Under the pieces are notes generated by a model. The model saw only the letters and a program-made list of their open reading frames with translations. It ran no database searches and was not told where the DNA came from. The position numbers were made by a program, and so were the translations under genes. This document shows, piece by piece, positions 14,860-29,183 of a stretch of DNA of 64,000 nt (position 1 is the first letter of the stretch; every line of letters begins with the position of its first letter). Source of the stretch: Eledone cirrhosa (taxonomy: Eukaryota); the NCBI GenBank assembly GCA_964016885.1, contig OZ024744.1:89528001-89592000 (forward strand), in the 5' to 3' direction.

Positions 14860-16466
14860 CCCTCCTCCTGCTATTTCAAGCGTTAACCTAATATATTCCT
14901 TCCATATAATGTAGCGATTGTGTTGTTATTTGTGTTGTTATTTGTCGTTCCCCACCACCACCCCACTCTCAAGAGCGTGAAACTAATAAACCTTTGTTCG
15001 TACTGCCTCTCTGTTTTGTTCCCGTTCAATTTTTTTACTATATATATATATCTGTTAGAACACGAAAAGTGTGAAACAACAGAATGTTCACTTTTCGTGT
15101 TCTAACATATATGCGTAGCTTCTTAAAAAATTTTTCGGGGATAGCCGTGGTGGTGGTGATCGTATGTCATTGGCTAATTTTCAACCAATCAGAGTACCTC
15201 TCTCTATATCTCTTCCACTGTTACTTACGCCTGTTTCTCTCTATCTGTTCCGTCTCTATATATATCTCTTACTCTTTCGCTTTGCACTCCTCCCCTTCAA
15301 TACCATCTCTCCCCCTCTCTATATATTTGTTACTCTATCGCTGCACGCTCCTCTCCTTCAATATATCAATTACACACGCTTTACACTCCTTTATCCCCAG
15401 CGCCCCTATATATACACCCCCCCCTCTCCCGCATCTATATTTTAATGTACCGTTGCACCGTGAATATATGTGTCTATATATATATACATATATATTGTAT
15501 ATACACATTCATGTATGTGTATACACACTCATGTATGTATATACACTGGTTTTATGTGTGTATTGTAAATTTGTACTGTTAAAACACGAAACTAACATTC
15601 GATTGACACTTTGATTACCTGTACAGGCAATAGTTATTAGAATGCTGTTGAAGTGTGTATATATTTTGGGGGGACATCCTGTATATACACACATTATATA
15701 TAATACAATAAACAGATAAATACACACATATATATATGAGCTTATTTAATTATAAATATTGTGAATTTTTAACTCAGTTCAATTATATATATAAATGGTT
15801 TCTACAGGACTAGAACTGTTTCATTCGAAAGAAATCATCATAATATTGAGAGGGGGGACTAGATAAAATATTTCAAATCAAATGTGTATAAGTTATAAGT
15901 TAAAATGTATAAATAGAGACGATAGTGGAGGTATATCTGTTTAGTGGAACAGTAGACGATAGAATTAAATACAGACGATAATCTCCCTTTAATGAAACAG
16001 CAGACGATAGAATTAAGGCAATTTAAATTTTAAGCATTTGCATTTTTGCCTTTCATCGTTACGGGGTCGATAAAATAAAGTACCAGTAATACACTGTCAC
16101 TAGACGACTTTCAAATTGAATTGTTGGTTCCATTTCTTTAGTATTTTCAATTGTAGTTATCTACTTAAAAAGCGTTACACGGTTAGAGACATAATTCGTA
16201 AGTTATATCTTCCCTATTAAACCATTGCATTATTTCGCCTACAATAGAACAAAAATGAAATGTTCTTTAAAGAAACAGGAATATAACTTTATAAAAAAAA
16301 AAAGTTGCATCCGCTTCTTTTATCATTGATAATTTTTTCGTTTTAATATTAATTGTTTTTTGTAGTTGTTTATATTAAAAATCTTACTGTAATATTTACT
16401 TAAACGAAGGCAAACATCTAAACTTATAGATTAATCTTGAGCGAAGGACTAGATAAATCTCTCTCC

Positions 16467-16516
<50 letters not shown>

Positions 16517-16909
16517 GAAGAATGATAAAATTTCAAGCAAAGAGTTTAATTAGGTATATTTTGTAATATTATTAACTAATTATTATAATTAACGCGCATA
16601 TTTTGCTATCCTCAAACACGTTTACACATGGCATGAAATATAACTAATCCGAGATGGCTAGGTTTCATCTTCTAACTGGATATACGAAATCCATTATGTC
16701 TTGACAACAACATGAGGTAACATTATGTTATTCACAGACACACTTTGTACACTGTTCCATATCAGAATGTATTTCCTTCGTCACATTCACAAACAGTATT
16801 GAAAATATGTTCTTCGGCAAATAAAAATGTTTTGTTCATAATATTTCAACTAGCGATTGCTCTACTCCACGCACGACCACCATAAATTAATGACCAGCTC
16901 AACACAAGT

Positions 16910-17080
16910 ATTGGTAGAGCGTCAGACACCATGCTTTGCAGTATTGTTATGGTCCTTTGCATTCTAAGTTCAAATCCTGCCGAGGTTAACTTCGACTTTC
17001 ATACTTACTAATTCGATAAAATAAAGTACCAGTAATGGACTGCCGTAATGGATTTGTGCCGAAAAATAGAAACACTATTA
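16910..17080 (+). mobile_element. tRNA-derived SINE
   Basis: ggtagagcgtcagac..aagttcaaatcc..gataaaataaagtaccagt..ttgtgccgaaaaatagaaac. A smaller fragment lies at 16040-16095. Confidence 0.8.
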
Positions 17081-17636
17081 ATGTGCAATAAGAGCAAAAT
17101 ATAACGACATTGCTCAATTATTTTATCTAATGTTGTAATAACACAAGGAAATGTTGTTTGTGTATTTTTTTTTATATTTGCTCATAGGCTTTTACAATTT
17201 CGCTCAGCCAACAACTATTAAAAAGTGAGTTGCTTAAGATAACAATTTAATCACAAATTGTTGCTATCTTTTAATACACTCCAGCAAGTCATCAAATTAT
17301 GTACAATAAAAACAAATCTTATTAATTTGCTCAGGGAATATAAAGAAAATGTATATACACTGATAATTGCAATTGTATGTAAATATTTTGTTTTTGTATT
17401 GTATATTTTATGTTTTCTATTATGTATAATATATTGATTTAATATTGATTGTTTTTTTGTAGTTGTTTATATTAAAAGTCTGAAAATATTTTTATACATC
17501 TTACACTAATATTTATAAGATAATTTATAATAACAATTACATAATCTAATTACATTACAACGATAATTTATTATTAATATATATCCTGTTTAACTAGAGT
17601 TATTACAAGCGTTGCCTTAAAAAAATATTAAACTAG

Positions 17637-18583
17637 ACATGAAAAATGCGCAAGCTCAAAAGTGCCACAGAATGTTATAATAAACCTTCAAAAGTGTGGG
17701 ACTAGAGTTGTTGCTAAAAAATATTGTAATCATTATATATCGTACATTCTGTGGCATCCTTTATAAAAATAGCTTAAACCAACGAAGCCTTTATTTTTAC
17801 GCTATTTCACTTAGTTAATTCTTAGAGTGTAACATATAAAAATAAATACATCTATGTTTAATGTAATAACAGCTATAAATAATTACGTAATATTATTATC
17901 ATATACTCATAGTAACAAAATAATTGTGTTGAAACTTAATATGATGCTTATATGAACGATCAAATCTATAATGATAATTTCTTAAATATACTAATAGTAA
18001 AATAATTTAGTTATCTATTGTTACATTTTCATAGAACTATAATATTAACAATCGTATTGCATTATCACATTTTTATCACTACAAACTTTCATATTGGAAT
18101 TACCTTAAGCCACTTATTATTACTTCGCTTTCGTACTTTTACAGCTGTAGATATTGCGCTGTATCTTATATCTAATATCAATATCTCGTGGTAATTTGCA
18201 TGAAGTGTAAAATAGGTTTATTAATAACTTTAATATGAAATGTATTATACAGGGCTGCGGAGTCGGCCAAAAATTGACTGGCTCCAACTCAGGATCCGAT
18301 ACTCCATTATTTCCTAAATTTCAGCTCCGCAGCTCTGTTATTATATTAATTAATTTATTTTATAGTTGTAAATCATATTTTTATATGTTACACTCTAAGA
18401 ATTAACTAAGTGAAATAGCGTAAAAATAAAGGCTTCGTTGGTTTAAGCTATTTTTATAAAGGATGCCACAGAATGTACGATATATAATGATTACAATATT
18501 TTTTAGCAACAACTCTAGTCCCACACTTTTGAAGGTTTATTATAACATTCTGTGGCACTTTTGAGCTTGCGCATTTTTCATGT
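17637..18583. repeat. Long inverted repeat, about 207-bp arms with 533-bp spacer
   Basis: 17637-17843 is the reverse complement of 18377-18583, essentially without mismatch by eye. Confidence 0.92.
18250..18336. mobile_element. Short hAT-like MITE
   Basis: TIRs cagggctgcggag / ctccgcagctctg; near 8-bp TSD gtattata / ttattata. Confidence 0.7.
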
Positions 18584-18641
18584 TATATATATACATACAT
18601 TTATATATATGTGTGTGTGTGTGTGTATGTGTGTGTGTGTG

Positions 18642-18779
<138 letters not shown>

Positions 18780-18789
18780 GATGTATGTA

Positions 18790-18976
18790 TATCTGTATGT
18801 GTTTGTGTTTATGTTTACTCATTGCGTCTCGTGACTGTTCAACAAAATGAGATCAATAAAATATGTGCGAGCCCTGACAAAATAAGTACTGGAGTCGATA
18901 TGATTGATTAAATCTTTTGAAAGTGATGCCCTAAAATGGACCCATACTAATGACAGAAGCCAGTAAAACAATAAGA
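18790..18976 (+). mobile_element. 3' part of a second SINE family
   Basis: aataagtactggagtcgat..tgcccta..atggac..aatgacagaagccagtaaaacaataaga tail, recalled as a common octopus SINE end. Confidence 0.5.
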
Positions 18977-19529
18977 GAGCAAGCGGTTTGAGTGGAATTA
19001 TATCTATATATAGAAGGTGTCTCGCATCGATATGGTATAGCAAAAGTTATTTCCCTTTAGCTGAATTTGTCTCCCCTGAAAAAATGTTATATATTTGGAT
19101 TGAGTTGGTGTTTCATATTTGATTAAAGTACTGTACGGTGGATTTGAACCTCAGAATAGTTTGTTGTAAAGTGAACACAGCCATACCTCAGTTAACTAAT
19201 AATTTCAGAACAAGGCGATTAAAACATAAAGGAGTTGTGAAAATTGACAGAAACTCTCCTAAATAGTGTATATCTACACCTCACCCTTATCTCTGCACAC
19301 CCGAGTACTCTCCTACCTTCCTCACCCATCTTATGTAAGCTCCTTTTTGTCCAACATTCCAATATTTTTTTTTTTTTTTTTTTTTTCCAGCCTCGTCTCT
19401 CTTCAAATTTGCTCTTTCCTGATTAAGGTCTAACATCCGATACTTAGAAACATCTATTCAACTTCATTCCCAAGCGTGAAACTAATAAGACTTTTTGATT
19501 TTGTATCTGTGTTCACCTTGTTGTTCTTG

Positions 19530-19565
<36 letters not shown>

Positions 19566-19775
19566 GCGCTTAGCACATAATGACTGTTTACTTTTCCAAA
19601 GCTGTTAACTTCAGCTTCCAAATTCAGACGATAAGACTTTGTCGGAGGTCCCTAGAGCACTCGGCCGGTATCTGAGAAATACGACGTTCGACTCCTCGTA
19701 GCGGCCGCTGTCACCATTTTATTTTTCCGTCTCTAAGGTCCTACTAATCTAACATTTGTTTTCATTGCCTAGGCC

Positions 19776-19850
<75 letters not shown>

Positions 19851-19853
<3 letters not shown>

Positions 19854-22800
19854 TTGGTTGTCCATCGTGAACGATGATGACATCTTCTTTACTTTAGTTT
19901 TCGTCTGCCGTGGGCACGAAGTTGGCTGTGGAGGCCGATCCTTGACTTGCAGGTCCAGGGACAGTGGGGACAGGGGCAGCTGTTGATGCCTTTCTCCTCC
20001 TTTCACGGGCCTCAGTGACCTCTGCCTGTCTCTTCTCTTCAAAAGAGTCCTTGGCGCATCTGGTAAGGGCTCGCCACTCAGTCCTGTCCTGAGCATGAGA
20101 CTCGAGTTGTTTTAGCCCGATTCTAGTGTTGTTGATACTGGACTTCACACAGTCTTTGAACCTCTTAAGAGCCCTGCCCCGCTTTCGTTTCCCCGAACAG
20201 AGTTCCCCATACATCAGTTACTTCGGAAGCCTGTGATATTCCATCCAGATGACATGACCCACCCATCGAAGTCGGCTCTTCAGTATCATAGCTTCGACAC
20301 TGGTTGCCTCAGCCATGTCAAGAACCTCGAGGTTGGAGACCTTCTCCTGCCATTTGATGTTCAGGCTGCGTATGTGGAACCGTTCCAGCTGCTTCAGGTG
20401 CCTTCTGTACAGGGTCCATGTCTCACATCCGTAGAGGAGGCTGGTGATTACAACGACCCTGTACACCTTGAGCTTGGTGGACTGCTTGATGTTGTGCTAG
20501 TTCAGGACGCGTGTCCTCAGGCGGCCAAGGGGTTGACTGGCCTTGCAGATCCTGGCATTTATCTCCTTGTCGAGGCTCCATCGCTGCTGATGACACTGCC
20601 GAGGTACTTGAAGTCGTCCACCGTCTCTAGCTGGGTGCCTCCGATTGAAATGGAAGGTGAGTGGGTGATGGAGTCAGGTGCAGGCTGACACAAGACCTCA
20701 GTCTTGCCAAGGTTAATTGTGAGACCGAAGAGGCAGGAGGCCTCGCGAACTTGTTGACGATGACTCGGAGGTCAGACTCCCTGTGGGCCATGAGAGCACA
20801 GTCGTCAGCAAAAAGTGCCTCCTGGACGATCCTCTGCACGGTCCTTGTCTTGACCGTCAGGCGCCGCAGGTCAAACAGGGAGCCGTCCAGTCTGGTCTGT
20901 ATTGCAGATACACTCCGTGCTCGAGGTCCCTGACGGCATGATTGAGCACGCAGGTGAAGAACAGGTTGAAGAGGACGGGAGCCAGCACGCATCCTTGCTT
21001 GACGCCGTTAGTGATGCCGAACGTCTCCGATGCCTCTCTGCCCGGTCGCACCTGCCCGGTCATGTCGTCATGGAATTGCCGTATCAGGTTCACGAACTTG
21101 GTCGGGCATCCAAACTTCGACAGGATGGACCAGAGGGATTCCCTGTTGACAGTGTCGAATGCCTTCGTCAAGTCTATGAAGACGGCAAAGAGGTCCATGT
21201 TCTGCTCGACACACTTCTCCTGCACCTGGCGTACAGAGAAGATCATGTCTATCGTGCTGTGGTTTGGGTGGAACCCACACTGGGCTTCAGGCAGGTTGTC
21301 CTCCGAGATGTTGTCGATGAGGCGGTTGAGCATGACCCGAGCCAGGACCTTCCCAGCTATGGGGAGGAGAGAGATGCCCCGATAGTTGCCACAATCAATT
21401 TTGCTGCCTTTGTTCTTAAAAAGCGAGACAACTGTAGCATCCCTGAAGTCTTTGGGCACCTCTTCTTCCTCCCATATGCTGATGAGGAGGGTTTCGAAGG
21501 CCCCCAGGGAAACTGGACAGGCCGATTTGAAGATCTCGGCAGGAATCCCGTCCTTCCCAGGGGCCTTTCCTGAACTGATCTATTTGATTGCCTTCGTGAC
21601 TTCATCCAACGTGGACGGGAGGTCGAGGCTGCCGACTACGGGCTTCAATGGAACCTGGTCGAGGGCGGCAGGGTCGACAGTGGAGGTCTTGTTGAACAGG
21701 TTGCTGAAGTGTTCTCTCCACCTTGAGTTGATGCTGCTCTTCTCTTTCAGCAGGATCGAGCCGTCAGCAGACAGCAGCGGTGTGGTGACAGTCTTGGGAG
21801 GTCCGTAGACGGTCCCGATGGCGCTGAAGAACATCTTGGAGTTCTTTGTGTCAGCGTATCTCTCGACTTCTTCAGCCTTCTTTTCCCACCACTTGTCCTG
21901 CATTCTGAGTAGCGCTGCTTGGGTCTGCATCTAGAGGTGCTTGAAGTAGTCGCGCTTCGAGGTGGAGAAGTTGTCATTCTACCACTCAATGAAAGCCCTC
22001 CTCTTCTCGTCCAGGATTTGTCTGATGCGCTCATCGTTTTCATCAAACAAGTCCTGGTGGACTCTCTTCCTCGGCCCGATGGTTGCCTTAGCTGACTCTG
22101 TCACCAGCGACCTGAACTGGTCCCACTGTTGAGTTGGGTGTCCGGTCAGTGGTGCATGGGCAGTCAACCGGCCGTCCAGGTCTTCCTCGAACGCATCACG
22201 ATGCTCTGGCTGCTTGAGTCGTGCGACATCGAAAGCTGGCCTACAGACTTTCGGAGTCTTGCGATGCGTCGGGGTGGTGTGCAGTGACAGGAGGGTCCTG
22301 ACAAGGCGATGGTCGGTCCAACACTCTGCACCACGCATGGTCCTGGTGATTCTGACGTCACAGATGGTGAGGTCGTTCTCGGTGTAGAAACTCAACAGTA
22401 TAAGGCCGTTAGAGTTCAGCTTCCCTGTGCCGTAAGGTCCCAGCACGCCTCTCCAGTTGTTGCTGTCAGACCCGACTCCTGCGTTGAAGTCCCCCATTAG
22501 GATGAGTTTATCGCTTGGGGGGACGCCCTTCACGTAGAAAGCCTCCTTTGCTTCATCGCTGCTGGTGAGAGTGGGGGCGTACGCGCTGATGACTGTGACA
22601 TACCGAGATGGGTCGAGGGGGAAGTGGAGCTTCATCAGCCGCTCACTCACAGGTGTGGGGAGGTCTGGTAGCTGCTTGCAGAGTGAAGTCCTGATGGCCA
22701 GGCCTACCCCGTGGATTCTGTTCTCGTCTTTTGCATTGCCCTTCAGAAGAAGATGTAGCCTCTTTCGGTTCTGCTACTGATCCTTCTTCGGCAAGTCTAG

Positions 22801-23775
22801 TCTCGCTGAGGGTGGCTATGTTTGTTGATCTGGTAGTAAGCTAAATCCCTTGCTATGAGGGCAGTTCTTCTCTCTGGCCTCAAGAAGGTTTCCCTATCCA
22901 TGAGGGTGCGCACATTCCATGCGCCAAGAATCAAGTTCTTCTTTCTATTATGTTGGTTTCGACCGTTAGGAAGGGTAAAACCACCAGCCGCGGTAGACTG
23001 GCCGGCTTTGTGTGGGACGAGCATTTGGTTAGGGCTCCTTTTATCGCCCCTCCCCTCGTGCGAGGATGAGCAGTGCTCCCCTGAAAAGGGCTGCTCAGTC
23101 GCCCGGTGGAACGTCTGATCTCCTCTGTCATGTCAGGGTGAGGAGGAGAACGACTTGCGCATCCAGGCCGCCCACGTGTGGGTTTGAGACTGGCAACTCC
23201 AAGAGGTTACCTCCATCTGTTACCTCCGCCTCTCGCCCATCGCCGCAGGGCTTTGGGAGTGCACGCTAAAGAAGAAACCTGTGCGGGAAAGGTTTATAGT
23301 GGGAGGGCAAGTGCACTGTGACGGTCCCACTCACTCGGCCGCAGAAGCCAGAATCCGGTTGTACGGAGGACCATCACGACCAGGGACTTCCTTGGCAGCA
23401 GTGGATGGTCACGACGTCTGTAGTGCCTTGCCGTGCCCTAGCGCTCCACACCACTTGCTGTCGCCGCCTTCGTGACGGTGGGACGATGTTGTCCTCATCC
23501 ACTCACTCCGCCGGGTTCAGTCTTCGCATGCAGGGGCAAGCATCCCCTATCTAACTCACCGGGTGTTTTCAGAGCCGTCCGGCTACCCTCAACCTGGTTC
23601 GGCCCGCCAGCCAAGGCGGTTTACCAGGGTCTGGCCGCTGTCGCGTGCTACAGCTTCTTGGGGTCACAGGTGAGAGCTGAGTGTCAGGTGGGGCCCAATG
23701 CAGGACGAGCTGTCCTGAAAAGGGCATGGCTATCACCCCGTACAGAGGTACATGCCCCTCCCTGACACCCCAGGC
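19851..23775 (-). mobile_element. RTE-clade LINE (BovB/AviRTE-like), near full length, frameshifted
   Basis: EN: ILGAWNVRTLMD..PERRTALIA, SAYAPT, MGDFNA, WTDH; RT: NYRGISLL, FIDLTKAFDTV, GVKQGCVLAP, LFADD; C-terminal LLYGCETW; GC-rich 5' UTR; microsatellites on both sides. Confidence 0.95.
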
Positions 23776-23834
23776 ATATACACACGTATATACATACACA
23801 TACACATGTACATGTGTATATACATATTTACACA

Positions 23835-24160
<326 letters not shown>

Positions 24161-24329
24161 AAAAAAATGGATAAATTTTGTCTGACTGTTCGTCAAACTG
24201 ATAATTATATATATAATATTTAAAAAATGGCGACAAGGAAGGACGTTTGACCACGTCTTCCCAAACAAAACATAATATTATCACCAAAAACTGCCCTTTT
24301 AACACATGTCAGATGGATTACAACATTCA

Positions 24330-24440
24330 TCCTGCCGAGGTTAACTTTGCCTTTCATCCTTACGGGGTCGATAAAATAAAGTACCAGTAATACATTGGGA
24401 TAATTGCTGGCCTTGTGCCAAAAGTAGAAACAATTATTAC
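24330..24440 (+). mobile_element. tRNA-derived SINE, 3' half
   Basis: gccgaggttaactttgcctttcatccttacggggtcgat..ggccttgtgccaaaagtagaaacaatt. Confidence 0.9.
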
Positions 24441-24899
24441 AAATACTTTCACTGTTCCCTAACTACTAGTACCAGCTTCAACATAAAATCATTTTAACGA
24501 AGTATATTTGATTTTCGCCAACAAACCACGTGTGGACATGAACGGGGGGGGGGGGGGGAATCACTACATCCCTTAGGGATCGCAGTAAGTACTTCACAAA
24601 ATCTATAAACAACAATATACACACAGATCTATATACAGATACATACCACACGCATATACACACAAGTGAAAAGAAACCACACTATTTCGTGAGACACTAT
24701 ACCGGCCAATCTTACGTACATTTGCAAAATCTTTCTGAAACTGACTTCGCTTCTAACCCACATACACCTTTTAATTATATATATATAATTATATATTTGT
24801 GTGCAGATCTTTTTGCATACAAACACACAATACATAGAAAAACGGAAACAGAAATACAAAAACAAAACATAAACATTTATCTCGTTAACAAATGTGCTA

Positions 24900-27800
24900 A
24901 ACTGACGCAGCATATTTATTTGTTTACATTTACATCTTGTTCTACTGTACAGATGGACAGACAGGACAAAATAGCTATGGATGAAGTGTGCAACAAAACT
25001 GGGCGTTGTTCCAAAATAGAACATTGCCCATAAAATCACGTTTGTCATCTACGTATAGAACCAGCGAACTCCTTCCGAAATCGATGGGTCGAATGTGGCA
25101 AATGTCGTGTTTCTGTTTGCCTTCAATGTGCCACAAACTTTCGAAAGATCCCGGGTCAGAAAAAGAGACACCATATTTCTATGATGGATGGACTAACAAA
25201 TTGGTCCAGCTAACAAATGGTCCAGTTAACAAATTGATCCTTTCAGTGCCTGGCTTGTATGTCTGCCTCTACCATTGCTGCTGAACAACAACAACAAAAA
25301 CCGAAGATCGTGTCTTCCTCTACCATTGTTCCTGAACAACAGCAAAAGCCCAAAACCAAAACACCAACGACCGTAGCTTCTGCTACTACCCCTGTTGAAG
25401 GACTTCATCAACAACAGCAACCCATGTCTTCCTCCCCCGTTGCTTTTCAACAACAAACGACGACTGTGTCTTCCCCTACCATGCCTGTTGAAGAAGAACA
25501 ACAACAAAAACCGACCGTCAATACGGAGTTTGAGGAGACACGGCAAATGATTTCCGCTTGAAGCCGAGAAATAGCGGGAATAAAATCAAGCGTTCGTGTA
25601 GAACACCACAATGAGGGATCTTACCGGAGTGCCTTGTTAAAAAATCTCCGCGTACCTCTTGCCAAACCTAGACGCATTGAGAATGCCACTGAATCTGTAA
25701 ACCACGAAGTGATTGCCATTGGTGTACCAGAAAACATAGTTGATCTTCAGGCATTTGCTGCCAGTTCAAGCAAAGACTTGGGCTGTGCTCCCCCGAATGA
25801 TGCTTTACGCCTTGGCCGACCAGGTCCGAAACCCAGGCTAATTAGACTGTCTTTTTCGAACTCAACTGAGGCACGTTCATATCTTTTAGCTCTGATAAAG
25901 CTAGGCGTGAAAGTCGGATTGCCTTCCGAACACGCCCTGGTCTTCCACCTGATATCCGCCCAAAGCTGCGTGCTGCAGCTTCCTTAAACCGCAGCTCGGC
26001 AGAACATGAAAGCTTCAGCCTACGTGATGATGGGCAGATATGGAAGTTTATTAAGGCTGGTGAAACATGAAAAAGAGATACCAGCTCGTCTGAAAACACT
26101 GTACTCACAACAACTGACAATAAAAAAACTGAAAAAACTCTGGGAAACTAAATCAGAACAACCTGCCATCCCCTGCACATAATCATAGACTGGAATCAAG
26201 GTACAAATTGTTGTCCTTGAATGCACGTAGTCTATGCAATAAGATTCATCTTTTTGACTCCTACGTCAAAAGTATCAACACTGACTTCATTACAGTCACT
26301 GAAACATGGACACATTCCTTACTCTGTGATGGGGTTTTCAGCATAACTGGCTACAACTTGTTTCGTAAAGACCGCATTAATCGTGGTGGTGGTGGTGTAA
26401 TGGTCTATGTTCGGTCACATTTTCGGCAATTCCTTGTGTTGATTTGAACCAATTGCAGCAGGAAGTATTTTTCTGCGATATACGTATGGCCATGTCAACA
26501 CTGCTACTTGGAGTCGTTTACCGTCTCCCAAATTACAATCAGGACACTCAAATTTGTGATATCCTCAGAGTTGCTGCCAGGAAAACAGCCACTTATGTTT
26601 TTATTGCAGGGGACTTCAATCACCCTGAGATTGACTGGGAAACCTTTTGTTGGCTGCAAAGTGCAAATGACTTCCTTGAGCTAGTGCTGGACTCGAACTG
26701 GTCCCAAGTAGTCACCTCCCCAACAAGAGGCGACAACACTTTGGACCTACTCTTCACCACTACTCCTGAAACGGTTATTAGTGTTACTACTGAAGAACCT
26801 TTAGGTGACTCTGATCATGCTATGATCATTGCAAATCTATCCCACATGGGCAGTATCAAAAACCACAACCATCTCCAAACTGCTCACTTTGATTGGAATA
26901 AAGCAGTACCGAGTTGCAACGTCCAAACTGGCTTGAGTTCTACGACTCTGGAGATGTCAACACTGTACTCCAGAACATCCTGAACTCAATATGGACAGCA
27001 TGTGCAGCATCGGTTCCACCTAAGCAGAAAAAACATCCCAAAAATGTAATTTGGGAGAATGCAGCAGTCCGTCTTGCCAGAAAAGAACGTCGTAATGCTG
27101 AACGTGAGTACAAAATGCATAAATCATATATCAATAGGAAGAAGCGAAATAAATCATCCAACCATCTCAAACAGGTGACAAAAAAGGCAGTGCTTCAATT
27201 TGAGCAGCGCATAGCAACCAGCCCTGACAATAAGGTGTTCTGGAATTATGTTCACTCAAAGCAGAGGCCTCACTCTCCAGTTGGTCCTCTTCGCAATCCC
27301 CACACAAGCCAGATTACTGACGACCCCAAAGAATGCACAGAACTCATTGCTGAATGCTATGCAGGCATTTTCACTATTGAAGACCAGAGTGTACCATCTC
27401 CACCACCTCTGACATCAAATTCTATTACAACTATGGAATTTACACCTGCAATGCTGCGACGTCACCTTAAAAATAAACGCAACCATGCCTCTCCTGGTCT
27501 TGATGGTGTTATGTACCTGCTTCTAAAATGTGGTGGGTACTTCCTTCTGCACCAGCTATCACGCTTCTTCCAATTCTGTCTGAACAACGGCGCTACCCCG
27601 GAACAGTGTAAAACTGCCAGCGTCATTCCTCTGTTCAAAAAGGGTGACCGCACATCACCTGTGAACTATCGTCCAGTTAGTCTTACTAGCTGCATTGCCA
27701 AACTGATGGAATCCTGTGTCAGAGAAATGCTTTGGAACTTCTGGAACTCTCACAGTCTTATCCGGCCCTCGCAATTTGGATTTATCCCCAACTCCAGCTA

Positions 27801-29106
27801 CTGTGATCAACTTATCGAGTTTCTTGAAGACATCACCCGGATCATTGATGGCGGCTAATAGGTGGATGTTGTTTATCTTGACTTTGCTAAAGCTTTCAAT
27901 TCTGTGCCACACAAAAAACTTATGGCAAAACTCTCTGCAATGGGTGTGAAGGATGATCGTTTTAACTGGTTGAAGTCCTTAATTTTCAGTCGAAGAGAGG
28001 TAGTCACGGTTCTAGGACAGCATTCCTCACCATATGAGATGTCATCTTGTGTTCCACAGGGATCTGTTCTTGGCCCCCTTTTGTTTGTGGCATATATTAA
28101 TGACATAGATGCCAACTTAAAGAATGCCACATTACTGAAATATGCAGATGACATCAAGCTGTACCTTGAGATAAAAAGGACAGATCCTGAACACTATAGA
28201 TCTTTCCTGCAATCTGACCTGAACACGATGTAACAATGGATCACAGAGTGGCAACTCAAGCTAGCTGTGGACAAGTGTACCACCATTCATTTTGGGAGTA
28301 AAACCCAGCGTCCATATACTCCCTCCACAACACTAATATCAAGAAGTATTCTTGTGAACGTGACCTGGGCATTATGGTCAGCAGCGATTTGCGTTGGACG
28401 AAGCACGTCTCTAAAATTGTCAAGTAGGCCGAGGGTGTCTTAACATCACTCAGCAAGACCTTTGTCAGCCGCTCTCCAGCTATCTATTTATAGCTGTATA
28501 TAGCTATGGTGCGGCCACACTTAGAATTTGCATCACCAGTCTGGAACCCCTATCTTGCTCAGAACATTAACCACCTGGAAACTGTTCAGAGACGTGCAAC
28601 CAAGCAAATACCCTCCATCAGGCATCTACCATACTCTGAACGCCCTGCTTCCCTGGGCATGGATACACTGAAGCTCCGACGTCTGGCAACTGACTTGGTA
28701 AACACCCACAAAATTATTAACCATCTTGCCAACAACAACCCTGAGTACCTTTTTGATTTCCACGTGTCTAACATCCGTGGGCATGCCCACAAAGTCAGAA
28801 AACAGCACAGCTCCCATGAATTTCGGAAACATTTTTTCACGCTCACTCAGAGTTGCTGAAGCATGGAACAAACTACCTGCATCAGTTGTTAGCTGTCGAG
28901 ACACTGCATATTTTAAAACCTCCATGCTTCCTGAGATTCGCCAACACTAGACCTGATATTCCCCCTCCATACACACGTACACATGTATATCATGACTCAT
29001 ACACTATTCACTTCCCTGACATTTGTATATTATTATATGTACTATACATGCACCTTTGACGAGTTATATGTACTATACATGCACCTGAGTACTGTACACA
29101 ATAATT

Positions 29107-29175
<69 letters not shown>
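24900..29175 (+). mobile_element. CR1-like LINE, near full length, disrupted
   Basis: ORF1 remnant with PHD-like Cys pattern (WVECGKC..CLQC..FQCLAC) and Q/T-rich linker; ORF2 EN (LNARSL, VTETW, GDFNHP, SDH); RT (NYRPVSLTS, YLDFAKAF, VPQGSVLGPLLF, YADD); VRPHLEFASPVWNP; (ATT)n tail. Confidence 0.92.

Positions 29176-29183
<8 letters not shown>

Noticed and set aside
15805-15845. Minus-strand hammerhead remnant (aTGATGA tttc tttc gaat GAAA cagttc TA)
   Set aside because: C3 is missing and there is no stem I; too decayed to call.
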